Source: Candidatus Karelsulcia muelleri PSPU (GTDB lineage: Bacteria > Bacteroidota > Bacteroidia > Flavobacteriales > Blattabacteriaceae). Taken from it: 32,000 nucleotides of DNA. Where the stretch lies: positions 30,001-62,000 of the forward strand of contig NZ_AP013293.1 in the NCBI RefSeq assembly GCF_000829155.1, read 5' to 3'. The notes under the pieces were generated by a model. That model saw only the letters and a list, made by a program, of their open reading frames with translations, made no database searches and had not been told where the DNA came from. The position numbers and the translations under genes were made by a program. Positions 18,913 through 27,010 of this stretch are shown here, piece by piece. The stretch's first letter is position 1; each line of letters opens with the position of its first letter.

Positions 18913-20388
18913 TTAATCCATTTTCATAGAAATACCTAAAAATAATGCGGATAAAGAAGTGAAAATAAATGCTTGTAAAAAACTTACTAATATTTCTAAT
19001 AAAAAAATAAAAATAGAAAAAGGTATAGATATAATTATTGAAAATAAATTTTTAAAAATAAAAATTAAAGAGATAAAACTCATTGAAATTATATGTCCTG
19101 CTGTAATATTAGCGAATAAACGTATACAAAGAGTTAGAGGACGAATAAATAAACCAAATAATTCAATTGGAATTAATAAAAGTCTTACTAAAAAGGGAAT
19201 CTCTGGCAGAGTCAAAAAATCTTTCCAATAATCTTTGTTAGCACTAAAAATTATTGTAAAAAATACAATTGTAGATAAAGTGAAAGTAACGCTAATATTT
19301 CCTGTAAGATTAGGTCCTGTAGGAATTAAACCTATAAGATTATTTATTAAAATGAAAAAAAATATTGTTAATAAAAAAGGTAAATATAATTTATAATAAG
19401 GTTTTCCTATATTAGGAATAGCTATTTTATCTCTTATAAAAAGAATTATATATTCTAAAATGTTTTGAAATTTTGATTTTGGTTGTTTATTTTTATAAGT
19501 TAAAGATAATTTAAAAAAAATTAAAAATAAGATAATTAAAGATATTATTAATGCAAAAACATTTTTTGTTATAGAAAAATCCAAAGGATTCTTATTAAGA
19601 ATATAACCTTTATCATCTATTTCTAAATATCCTTCTGAATTAGTTTTATATATTTTTTCATTAAATAATCTATAATAATTGTTTTTTTTTAAAACTAAGT
19701 TTTTTCCTTTATCAAATTTTGATGACAAAAATAATATTAATTTTTTATCAAATAAAATTATAGGTAATGGAATAAAATAATCTTTATCTTTTTTTTTAAA
19801 CAAATGCCATTTGTGAGAATCTCTAATATGAGATTTAATAAAAAAAGCTGGATTAAAAATTTCTTTATTATTTATCTTTATCTTTTTATAATTTCTCTTA
19901 TTAGAGATCTCTTTCTTATCTTTATCATTTATTTTTTTATCATTTATTTTTTTATCATTTATTTTTTTATCATTTATTTTTTTATCATTTATTTTTTTAT
20001 CATTTATTTTTTTATCATTTATTTTTTTATCATTTATTTTTTTATCATTTATTTTTTTATCATTTATTTTTTTATCATTTATTTTTTTATCATTTATTTT
20101 TTTATCATTTATTTTTTTATCATTTATTTTTTTATCATTTATTTTTTTATCATTTATTTTTTTATCATTTATTTTTTTATCATTTATTTTTTTATCATTT
20201 ATTTTTTTATCATTTATTTTTTTATCATTTATTTTTTTATAATTTCTCTTATTAGAGATCTCTTTCTTATCTTTATCATTTATTTTTTTATTAAAAAAAA
20301 AATTTCTAGTTTTAGTATCTAAACAAATTAATTGACTAAACCAAAAAAAAAAAATAAATAAAAAATTTAAATTGGTTTTATGTGACAT
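18913..20388 (-). CDS. atpB: ATP synthase F0 a subunit with signal-peptide-like N-terminus and repeat-expanded KKIND linker
   Basis: C-terminal part conserved (LIGLIPTGPNLTGNISVTFTLS...LIPIELFGLFIRPLTLCIRLFANITAGHII); N-terminal MSHKTNLNFLFIFFFWFSQLIC resembles a signal peptide; aa ~51-155 are KKIND repeats. Confidence 0.95.
   Translation of the reverse strand: MSHKTNLNFLFIFFFWFSQLICLDTKTRNFFFNKKINDKDKKEISNKRNYKKINDKKINDKKINDKKINDKKINDKKINDKKINDKKINDKKINDKKINDKKINDKKINDKKINDKKINDKKINDKKINDKKINDKKINDKKINDKKINDKKINDKDKKEISNKRNYKKIKINNKEIFNPAFFIKSHIRDSHKWHLFKKKDKDYFIPLPIILFDKKLILFLSSKFDKGKNLVLKKNNYYRLFNEKIYKTNSEGYLEIDDKGYILNKNPLDFSITKNVFALIISLIILFLIFFKLSLTYKNKQPKSKFQNILEYIILFIRDKIAIPNIGKPYYKLYLPFLLTIFFFILINNLIGLIPTGPNLTGNISVTFTLSTIVFFTIIFSANKDYWKDFLTLPEIPFLVRLLLIPIELFGLFIRPLTLCIRLFANITAGHIISMSFISLIFIFKNLFSIIISIPFSIFIFLLEILVSFLQAFIFTSLSALFLGISMKMD
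19883..19940. repeat. Direct repeat copy A (58 bp) flanking the 15-bp array
   Basis: TTTTTATAATTTCTCTTATTAGAGATCTCTTTCTTATCTTTATCATTTATTTTTTTAT, matched base by base to the copy at offset +351. Confidence 0.9.
19924..20238. repeat. Perfect 15-bp tandem repeat, 21 units (ATCATTTATTTTTTT on + strand; KKIND on - strand)
   Basis: ATCATTT recurs every 15 bp from 19924 to 20224 inclusive = 21 units, in frame inside atpB. Confidence 0.95.
20234..20291. repeat. Direct repeat copy B (58 bp) flanking the 15-bp array
   Basis: Same 58-bp sequence as 19883..19940; first mismatch at 20292 (T versus C at 19941). Confidence 0.9.
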
Positions 20389-20514
20389 AATTTAAAAAAA
20401 TTTATTTTTTCTATAAACATAAGTTTTCTAAAACATAAGTATTATTTATATTTTTTTTTTATGAGATCTTTTTAAGAAAGTTAATTATATAAAAATAAAT
20501 ATATAAGATATTTT

Positions 20515-22338
20515 ATGATTAATAAAAAAATTATAGAAAAAATATTTGAAATCTCAAAAGTAGAAGAAGTAATTAGTGATTTTATTTGTTTAAAAAAAAT
20601 TGGTGTTAATTATAAAGCATTAAGTCCATTTTCTAATGAAAAAAATCCTTCTTTAATAGTCTCTCCATTAAAACAAATTTGGAAAGATTTTAGTTCTGGA
20701 AAAGGAGGAAATGTTGTAAATTTCCTTATGGAATATGAAAAATTAAATTTTTTAGAATCAATAAAATATTTAGCTAAAAAATATAACATAGAAATTATAA
20801 ATTCTTATAAAAACAAATTTATAAATTCTTATAAAGAAAGTATTTTTATAATTAATAATTATGCAAAATTTTTTTTTAAAAAAGAATTAAATTTAAATAA
20901 AAAAAGTATTTTTTTTTTAAAAAAAAGAAAATTTAATTTAAAACAATTAAATAAATTTGATATAGGATATGCTCCATATAATTATAATAAATTTACTAAT
21001 TCAGCTTTAAAAAAAGGATTTAAATTAAAAATTTTAAAAAAAAGTGGATTAATTAATAATAATACAAATAATGATTTTTTTATAAATCGTATTATATTTC
21101 CTATACATAGTATATCTGGGTTAATATTAGGATTTGGAGGTAGATCTTTATCAGAAAAAAAAAATATAGCTAAATATTTAAATTCCCCTGAAAGTGAAAT
21201 TTATCATAAAGGTAATAATTTATATGGAATATATCAAGCTAAAAAATATATATTAAAATATAATTTTTGTTATTTAACTGAAGGATATACAGATGTTATT
21301 TCTATGTATAAATTTGGTATAAAAAATGTTGTTGCTTCATTAGGAACTTCCTTAACTTTAAATCAAATTTTTTTAATAAAACGTTTTACAAAAAATATTA
21401 CTATTATATATGATTCTGATGAATCGGGAATAAATTCTTGTTTACGTTTAATAGATATTCTTCTTGAACAAGAGATTCATATTAAAATTATTTCTTTACC
21501 TTTGAAAGAAGATCCTGACTCTTTTTTTAAAAAAAAAAATTATAATAAAATTATAAATTTTTTAAAAAAAAATACATTTAATTTTATTAATTTTAAATTA
21601 AATTTTTTTAAAAAAAAAAATTCTAAAAAACAAAAAATTATATTTATAAAAACTATTATAAATAGTTTGTCAAAAATATCAGATCTAATAATTAGAGATC
21701 TTTATATAAAAGAAATTTGTATATTATTAAATATTAATGAATCTATTATTTTATCTGAAATAGAATTTTTATTATTAAATAAAAATAAATTTAAAAAAAA
21801 ATCATTTAATTTTATTTTAAATGAATCTAAAAAATTTAAGACTTTAATAGTTTTAGAAGAAAAATTATTACAAATAAGTTTATTATATGGTAATGTAATA
21901 ATTACATCAAATAATTATATTCCTTTAAAAGGAAATAAAAAAATAACAATAATTGAAGAATTCATATTTCAAATGAAAATATATAATTTTTGTTTTTATT
22001 TAGAAAAACATAAATATGTATTTAATGTAATAAATAAAAAATTAAAAAATAAAAAAACTTTTTTTTTTAACAAAATTTTTTATAAAGATCTAATGAAATT
22101 AATATCATTAATTGATCAATATGATTTTGATTTTTTTAATTTAGATAAAAAAAAAATATCTCAATATTTTATTGAAACTTTATTACGATATAAATCGTAT
22201 TATATATCAAATATCATAAAAAAAAAATTTTTTATTTTAAATAGAGAAAAAAAAATAAACAAAAAATTGTTATTAAAAACAATTAATTTAACTAAAATAA
22301 AAAATAATATTAATAAAAAATTAAATATATTAATTTAA
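20515..22338 (+). CDS. dnaG: DNA primase, zinc-domain ligands replaced
   Basis: VEEVISDFICLKKIGVNYKALSPFSNEKNPSLIVSPLKQIWKDFSSGKGGNVVNFLMEYEKLNFLESIKYLAKKYNIEI, then LSKR...GYTDVISMYKFGIKNVVASLGTSLTLNQ and DSDESG TOPRIM motifs. Confidence 0.95.
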   Translation: MINKKIIEKIFEISKVEEVISDFICLKKIGVNYKALSPFSNEKNPSLIVSPLKQIWKDFSSGKGGNVVNFLMEYEKLNFLESIKYLAKKYNIEIINSYKNKFINSYKESIFIINNYAKFFFKKELNLNKKSIFFLKKRKFNLKQLNKFDIGYAPYNYNKFTNSALKKGFKLKILKKSGLINNNTNNDFFINRIIFPIHSISGLILGFGGRSLSEKKNIAKYLNSPESEIYHKGNNLYGIYQAKKYILKYNFCYLTEGYTDVISMYKFGIKNVVASLGTSLTLNQIFLIKRFTKNITIIYDSDESGINSCLRLIDILLEQEIHIKIISLPLKEDPDSFFKKKNYNKIINFLKKNTFNFINFKLNFFKKKNSKKQKIIFIKTIINSLSKISDLIIRDLYIKEICILLNINESIILSEIEFLLLNKNKFKKKSFNFILNESKKFKTLIVLEEKLLQISLLYGNVIITSNNYIPLKGNKKITIIEEFIFQMKIYNFCFYLEKHKYVFNVINKKLKNKKTFFFNKIFYKDLMKLISLIDQYDFDFFNLDKKKISQYFIETLLRYKSYYISNIIKKKFFILNREKKINKKLLLKTINLTKIKNNINKKLNILI

Positions 22339-23577
22339 TTTCAATATCCATTGAATATAATCAGAATTTATTTGTCTTAAAATTAATTTATATTTTTTTA
22401 TTATAAAATTTATATTATATACATTATAATGTAATAATGTATATAAATAAACATTATTTAATAATTTTATTATAAATTTTTTTTTTAATTTTTTTATTAA
22501 AAAATATAAATTATTAAATTTATCTTCTATACAAATAGAAATACTAATTGGAGAATTTTGAATTAAAAAAAAATTAATTTTAAAATATGAAATATATTTA
22601 AATATAAAACTAATATCTTTTTCTAAAAAGAAAGAAAATTTTTTTTTCGAAAAAAAAATCAATTTTTGTTGTTTTTTAACAATAAAACAAGATGTAATAA
22701 CATTATTAATATATTTTGCACTTACAAGGGTACCTTTTTTTTTAGGAAAAATAAAAGAACGAATATATAATGGAATTTTTTTTTCTTTTAAAGGATATAA
22801 AGTTTTAGGATGTATAACTGATGCACCATAATAAGATAATTCAAGAGTTTCTTTATAAGAAAGACTTTTAAATATTTTTTTTTTTAAAAAAAATCTAGGA
22901 TCTGCATTTAATATACCAGGAACATCTTTCCAAGTAGTTTGACTTTCTGCATTTAAACAAAATGAAAAAATTGATGCGGTATAATCTGATCCTTCTCTAC
23001 CAAAAGTAGTAGTAAAATAATTGTTATCAGCTCCTATAAAACCTTGAGTTATATAAAAAAAATTTTTATTTATTTGTTTTATTTTTTTTTTTGTTTGTTG
23101 CCAATTAACGTGTGCTTCACGATATGAATTATCCGTTTTTAGATAATTTCTACAATCTAACCAAAAATTGGGAAATCCTATTAAATTTAAATATTCACTA
23201 ACTATTTTAGTTGAAATTAATTCACCAGATCCAACTATTTGATCATATATAAAATGATATTTGATTGATTTTTTTTTTTTAAAAAAAAAAATCAATTCAT
23301 TAAAAAAAAATTTTATATATTTAAAAATAAAATGATTTTTAATAAATAAATTTTTTATTATTTTAAAATGATTTTTATATATATTTAATACTTGTATATA
23401 TGTATTATTTTTAATAAAAAAATTTTTTACAACTTTTTCAAGTTTATTAGTGTTTTTTCCAATAGCTGAAAGTACCATAATTTTATTATTATTTTTATTA
23501 ATTTTAATAACTTTAGATAAATTTTTTATTCTTTTATAGTTTTTTATAGAAGATCCTCCAAATTTATATATTTTCAT
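22330..23577 (-). CDS. lysC: Aspartate kinase (monofunctional length, 415 aa)
   Basis: KIYKFGGSSIKNYKRIKNLSKVI...IMVLSAIGKNTNKLE...FITQGFIGADNNYFTTTFGREGSDYTASIFS...TWKDVPGILNADPR...GASVIHPKTLYPL. Confidence 0.9.
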   Translation of the reverse strand: MKIYKFGGSSIKNYKRIKNLSKVIKINKNNNKIMVLSAIGKNTNKLEKVVKNFFIKNNTYIQVLNIYKNHFKIIKNLFIKNHFIFKYIKFFFNELIFFFKKKKSIKYHFIYDQIVGSGELISTKIVSEYLNLIGFPNFWLDCRNYLKTDNSYREAHVNWQQTKKKIKQINKNFFYITQGFIGADNNYFTTTFGREGSDYTASIFSFCLNAESQTTWKDVPGILNADPRFFLKKKIFKSLSYKETLELSYYGASVIHPKTLYPLKEKKIPLYIRSFIFPKKKGTLVSAKYINNVITSCFIVKKQQKLIFFSKKKFSFFLEKDISFIFKYISYFKINFFLIQNSPISISICIEDKFNNLYFLIKKLKKKFIIKLLNNVYLYTLLHYNVYNINFIIKKYKLILRQINSDYIQWILKLN

Positions 23578-23728
23578 TTTAAATAATTATTAAAATTATA
23601 AAATGATTTTTTAAAAAAAAAAAAAAATATATATAAATTTTAATAAAAAAATAAAAATTATTATTTATTTATAAAAGTAAAAATATTAGATCATATGATG
23701 ATTTCTTTTTTTTTTTTTAAAAAAAATA

Positions 23729-23920
23729 TTATAAAATATATAAGTTTTTTTCAATTATAACTAATATAGTATTAATTATAATGAAAAAGATATTTATTAT
23801 AAATAAAATAATAAAATTTTTATTAAATAATAAATTTTTATTTAAATAAAAATTTATTATTTGTATAAATAATAATAATATTAAAATTATTAATAATATA
23901 TATAAATATTGTTTTTCCAC
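23729..23920 (-). CDS. Small hydrophobic membrane protein of unknown function (63 aa)
   Basis: Two predicted TM-like stretches; begins 3 bp downstream of the marC stop on the same strand, which fits an operon member. Confidence 0.4.
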   Translation of the reverse strand: MEKQYLYILLIILILLLFIQIINFYLNKNLLFNKNFIILFIINIFFIIINTILVIIEKNLYIL

Positions 23921-23923
23921 TGT

Positions 23924-24526
23924 TTAAGTTTTAATTAAATTTAAAATATTTTCACTATTAAAAATATAACAAATATTACGTACAAATAATTTTATTGAAA
24001 AAGATAATAATATTATTCCAAATAATATTTTAAATATATTTAAATATTCATTATTAATTTTTTTTTCTATAAAAGAAATATGTTTTAGAACAAAATAAAC
24101 TATTATTAGATTAATAATTAATGATAATAATATGATTTTTATCTCATAATTCTCTGTTAAAGAGATTAAAGTTGTTACAGAACCTGGTCCAGCTATTAAT
24201 GGAAATGAAATTGGTATAATTGATATTTGTGCACTTTTTTGAATTTTATTAAAATTAATACCTAATATCATTTCTAATGAAATGAGAAATAATATGATTG
24301 AACCCGCTAATGAAAAAGAATATATATCAATTCCAAAAATATTAAAAATATAATCTCCTAAAAAGAGGAAAAATAAAAAAATTCCTGATGAAAGGAAAAT
24401 AATTTGATTTACATTTATTTTAAATCCGGTTTTTAGGTATCCTATAATAATCGGAGCATTTCCTATTATATCTATAATACTAAATATTATAAAAAAACAT
24501 GTAAAAAATAATTTTATATGTTCCAT
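23924..24526 (-). CDS. MarC/UPF0056 family membrane protein
   Basis: FSIIDIIGNAPIIIGYLKTGFKI...SGIFLFLFFLGDYIFNIFGIDIYSFSLAGSIILFLISLEMILG...ISIIPISFPLIAGPGSVTTLISL. Confidence 0.88.
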   Translation of the reverse strand: MEHIKLFFTCFFIIFSIIDIIGNAPIIIGYLKTGFKINVNQIIFLSSGIFLFFLFLGDYIFNIFGIDIYSFSLAGSIILFLISLEMILGINFNKIQKSAQISIIPISFPLIAGPGSVTTLISLTENYEIKIILLSLIINLIIVYFVLKHISFIEKKINNEYLNIFKILFGIILLSFSIKLFVRNICYIFNSENILNLIKT

Positions 24527-24528
24527 AA

Positions 24529-25311
24529 TTAATATAATTTTTTTCTTAAAATTTCATATAAAATAATAGCCGTAGAAGTACTAACATTAAGTGAATCTAT
24601 TTTTCCTTTAATAGGAATATTAATAATATTTTTTTTTTTTTTAAACCAAATATCTGATAATCCTTTGGATTCAGATCCAATTATAATTGCAAAAGATTTA
24701 TTTTTTATTTTTTTAATAAAAAAATTATTATAAATTTTATTAACTGATGTTGAAATAATTTTAATTTGGTTTTTATTTAACCATGAAATTATTATTTTAT
24801 AATTAGCTATAAAAATTTGATTGGTAAAAATAGTTCCTAAACTTGAGCGAATAACATTAGGATTGAATATATCTACTTTATTATTACATAATAATATAGC
24901 ATCTATACCAACAGCATCAGCTGTACGGAATATAGCTCCTAAATTTCCTGGTTTTTCTATTCCTTCTAATATTAAAAATAAAGCAGATAAAGAAATTTTC
25001 ATATTTTTTATATTTAATTTTTTTTTAAAAAATGAGGCTATAATACCTCCTGTTTTTTTTCTATAAGAAATTTTATTATATAAAAAATATGTTATCATAT
25101 ATTTTTTTATAAAAAAATTAGAAATAAATTCATATTTACATATTTTATTATATATTAATATATACTCTGGTATATAATTAGCTATTAAGGCCATTTTAAT
25201 TTCTTTAAGTCCTTCAACAGAAAAAGAATTATTTAATTTTTTTTTTTTTTTAATTTTTTTTAATTTATAAAAATATTTAAAAATATTATTTTTAATACTA
25301 AATATTATCAT
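24529..25311 (-). CDS. SpoU/TrmH-family RNA 2'-O-methyltransferase
   Basis: LFLILEGIEKPGNLGAIFRTADAVGIDAILLCNNKVDIFNPNVIRSSLGTIF...IIIGSESKGLSDIW...IPIKGKIDSLNVSTSTAIILYE. Start at 25311 removes the overlap with leuB implied by the longer ORF. Confidence 0.92.
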   Translation of the reverse strand: MIIFSIKNNIFKYFYKLKKIKKKKKLNNSFSVEGLKEIKMALIANYIPEYILIYNKICKYEFISNFFIKKYMITYFLYNKISYRKKTGGIIASFFKKKLNIKNMKISLSALFLILEGIEKPGNLGAIFRTADAVGIDAILLCNNKVDIFNPNVIRSSLGTIFTNQIFIANYKIIISWLNKNQIKIISTSVNKIYNNFFIKKIKNKSFAIIIGSESKGLSDIWFKKKKNIINIPIKGKIDSLNVSTSTAIILYEILRKKLY

Positions 25312-25327
25312 TTGTGTTGTTTTTTTT

Positions 25328-26386
25328 CTATTTAAGAATAGAATCAACTAAAAAATCTCCTACTTGTTTAGTAGAAAAAAATTTTTTAGAATTTATGTCT
25401 TTAGTCAAAATTCCATTTTTAATTGAATTATTTACAAGTTTATTTATTAATAAACTTTCTTTATTCATTTTAAAATCTTTTAACATCATAGAAACAGATA
25501 ATATAGATCCTAATGGATTTGCAATATTTTTTCCAGCAGCTTTTGGATATGATCCATGTATAGGTTCATACATAGAAGTTTTTTTCCCAATAGAAGAAGA
25601 AGGTAATAATCCTAATGATCCAACTATTGCACTAGCTTCATCTGAAAGAATATCTCCAAACATATTTTCAGTTAATAATATATCAAATTGTTTAGGATTA
25701 ATAATCATTTGCATAGAAGCATTATCTATAAAGAGATAATCTAATTGTACTTCTTTAAATTTTAAATTTATTTCTTTTAAAGTTTCACGCCATAATCTAG
25801 AAGTAGCTAAAACATTTGCTTTATCAACTAATGTTACTTTTTTTTTACGTTTTAAAGCTGCTTTAAAAGCACGTATTGCGATACGTGAAATATTTTTTTT
25901 ATTATAATTACATATATCATATGCTTTATTTCTATTTTTAGAGATTCCTTTTTTACCAAAATATATACCATTAGTAAGTTCTCTATATATAATAAAATCT
26001 ACGTTTTCTATATAGGCTTTTTTTATTGGAGATTTTTTAAGTAAAGATTTATAAACTTTAATAGGTCTTATATTACAATATAACCCCATTTTTTTTCTAA
26101 GTTTTAATAAACCTTGTTCAGGTCTAATTTTTAAATTAGGATTATTATCATATTTAGGATCTCCTATAGCTCCAAACAAAATAGAATCACATCCTAAACA
26201 AGTATCTAAAGTATCCTTTGTTAAAGGAATTCCTGTTTTTTTTATAGAAATGCCTCCTATTAAACATTTATGATAAATAAAATTATGATTATATTTTTGA
26301 CCTATAGCATCTAATATTTTTAAAGATTGATTAATTACTTCTGGTCCTATACCATCTCCTGATAAAACAGCTATATTTTTTTCCAT
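25328..26386 (-). CDS. leuB: 3-isopropylmalate dehydrogenase
   Basis: IAVLSGDGIGPEVINQSLKIL...LIRPEQGLLKLRKKMGLYCNIRP...ENMFGDILSDEASAIVGSLGLLPSSSIG...YEPIHGSYPKAAGKNIANPLGSILS. Confidence 0.97.
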   Translation of the reverse strand: MEKNIAVLSGDGIGPEVINQSLKILDAIGQKYNHNFIYHKCLIGGISIKKTGIPLTKDTLDTCLGCDSILFGAIGDPKYDNNPNLKIRPEQGLLKLRKKMGLYCNIRPIKVYKSLLKKSPIKKAYIENVDFIIYRELTNGIYFGKKGISKNRNKAYDICNYNKKNISRIAIRAFKAALKRKKKVTLVDKANVLATSRLWRETLKEINLKFKEVQLDYLFIDNASMQMIINPKQFDILLTENMFGDILSDEASAIVGSLGLLPSSSIGKKTSMYEPIHGSYPKAAGKNIANPLGSILSVSMMLKDFKMNKESLLINKLVNNSIKNGILTKDINSKKFFSTKQVGDFLVDSILK

Positions 26387-26415
26387 TTAATTATAAAATT
26401 TTTTTTTTTATAAAT

Positions 26416-27003
26416 TTAATTATAAAAATTTTTTTTTTCAAAAAATTTTATTTTTTTTTTAAAACTTAAAAGAAATTCAATATCATCATATCCATTTATA
26501 AAACACTTTTTTTTATAATCATCTATTTTAAAAGATTCTTTATTATTTTCAATTTTTACATATTGATTTTCAATATTAATTTCAAAAATTAAATTATTAT
26601 TTAAATAAAGTTTTTTTAAAATTAAATTTAAAAACGTTTTTTTTAGTTCTATAGTTAATAATCCATTATTTAAAGCATTTTGTTTAAAAATATCAGCAAA
26701 AAAATTTGATATTACAACTTTAAATCCATAATCTTTAATTGCCCACGCTGCATGTTCTCTACTAGAACCACATCCAAAATTTTTTCCAGTTATTAATATT
26801 TTTCCAGAATAATTTTTATTATTTAATATAAAATTTTTATTTATTTTTCCATTTGAATTATATCGCCAGTCTCTAAATAAATTTTTTCCAAAATCTGATT
26901 TAGTTGTTAATTTTAAAAATCTAGCTGGTATAATTTGATCAGTATCTATATTTTCTAGATCTAAAGGAACTGCTGTACTAAATAAAGTAATAAATTTTTC
27001 CAT
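26416..27003 (-). CDS. leuD: 3-isopropylmalate dehydratase small subunit
   Basis: TAVPLDLENIDTDQIIPARFLK...ILITGKNFGCGSSREHAAWAIKDYGFKVVISNFFADIFKQNALNNGLL. Confidence 0.96.
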   Translation of the reverse strand: MEKFITLFSTAVPLDLENIDTDQIIPARFLKLTTKSDFGKNLFRDWRYNSNGKINKNFILNNKNYSGKILITGKNFGCGSSREHAAWAIKDYGFKVVISNFFADIFKQNALNNGLLTIELKKTFLNLILKKLYLNNNLIFEINIENQYVKIENNKESFKIDDYKKKCFINGYDDIEFLLSFKKKIKFFEKKNFYN

Positions 27004-27010
27004 ATATAAT

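Noticed and set aside
18959-19231. 90-aa + strand ORF inside atpB
   Set aside because: Antisense shadow of the conserved a-subunit core.
19924-20238. Possibility that the 15-bp array is a CRISPR
   Set aside because: Contiguous identical units with no unique spacers, in frame within atpB; no cas genes in the window.
24821-25739. Two + strand ORFs (24821..25066 and 25314..25739) over the SpoU methyltransferase and leuB
   Set aside because: Both antisense to conserved enzymes; open frames reflect low stop density opposite conserved codons.
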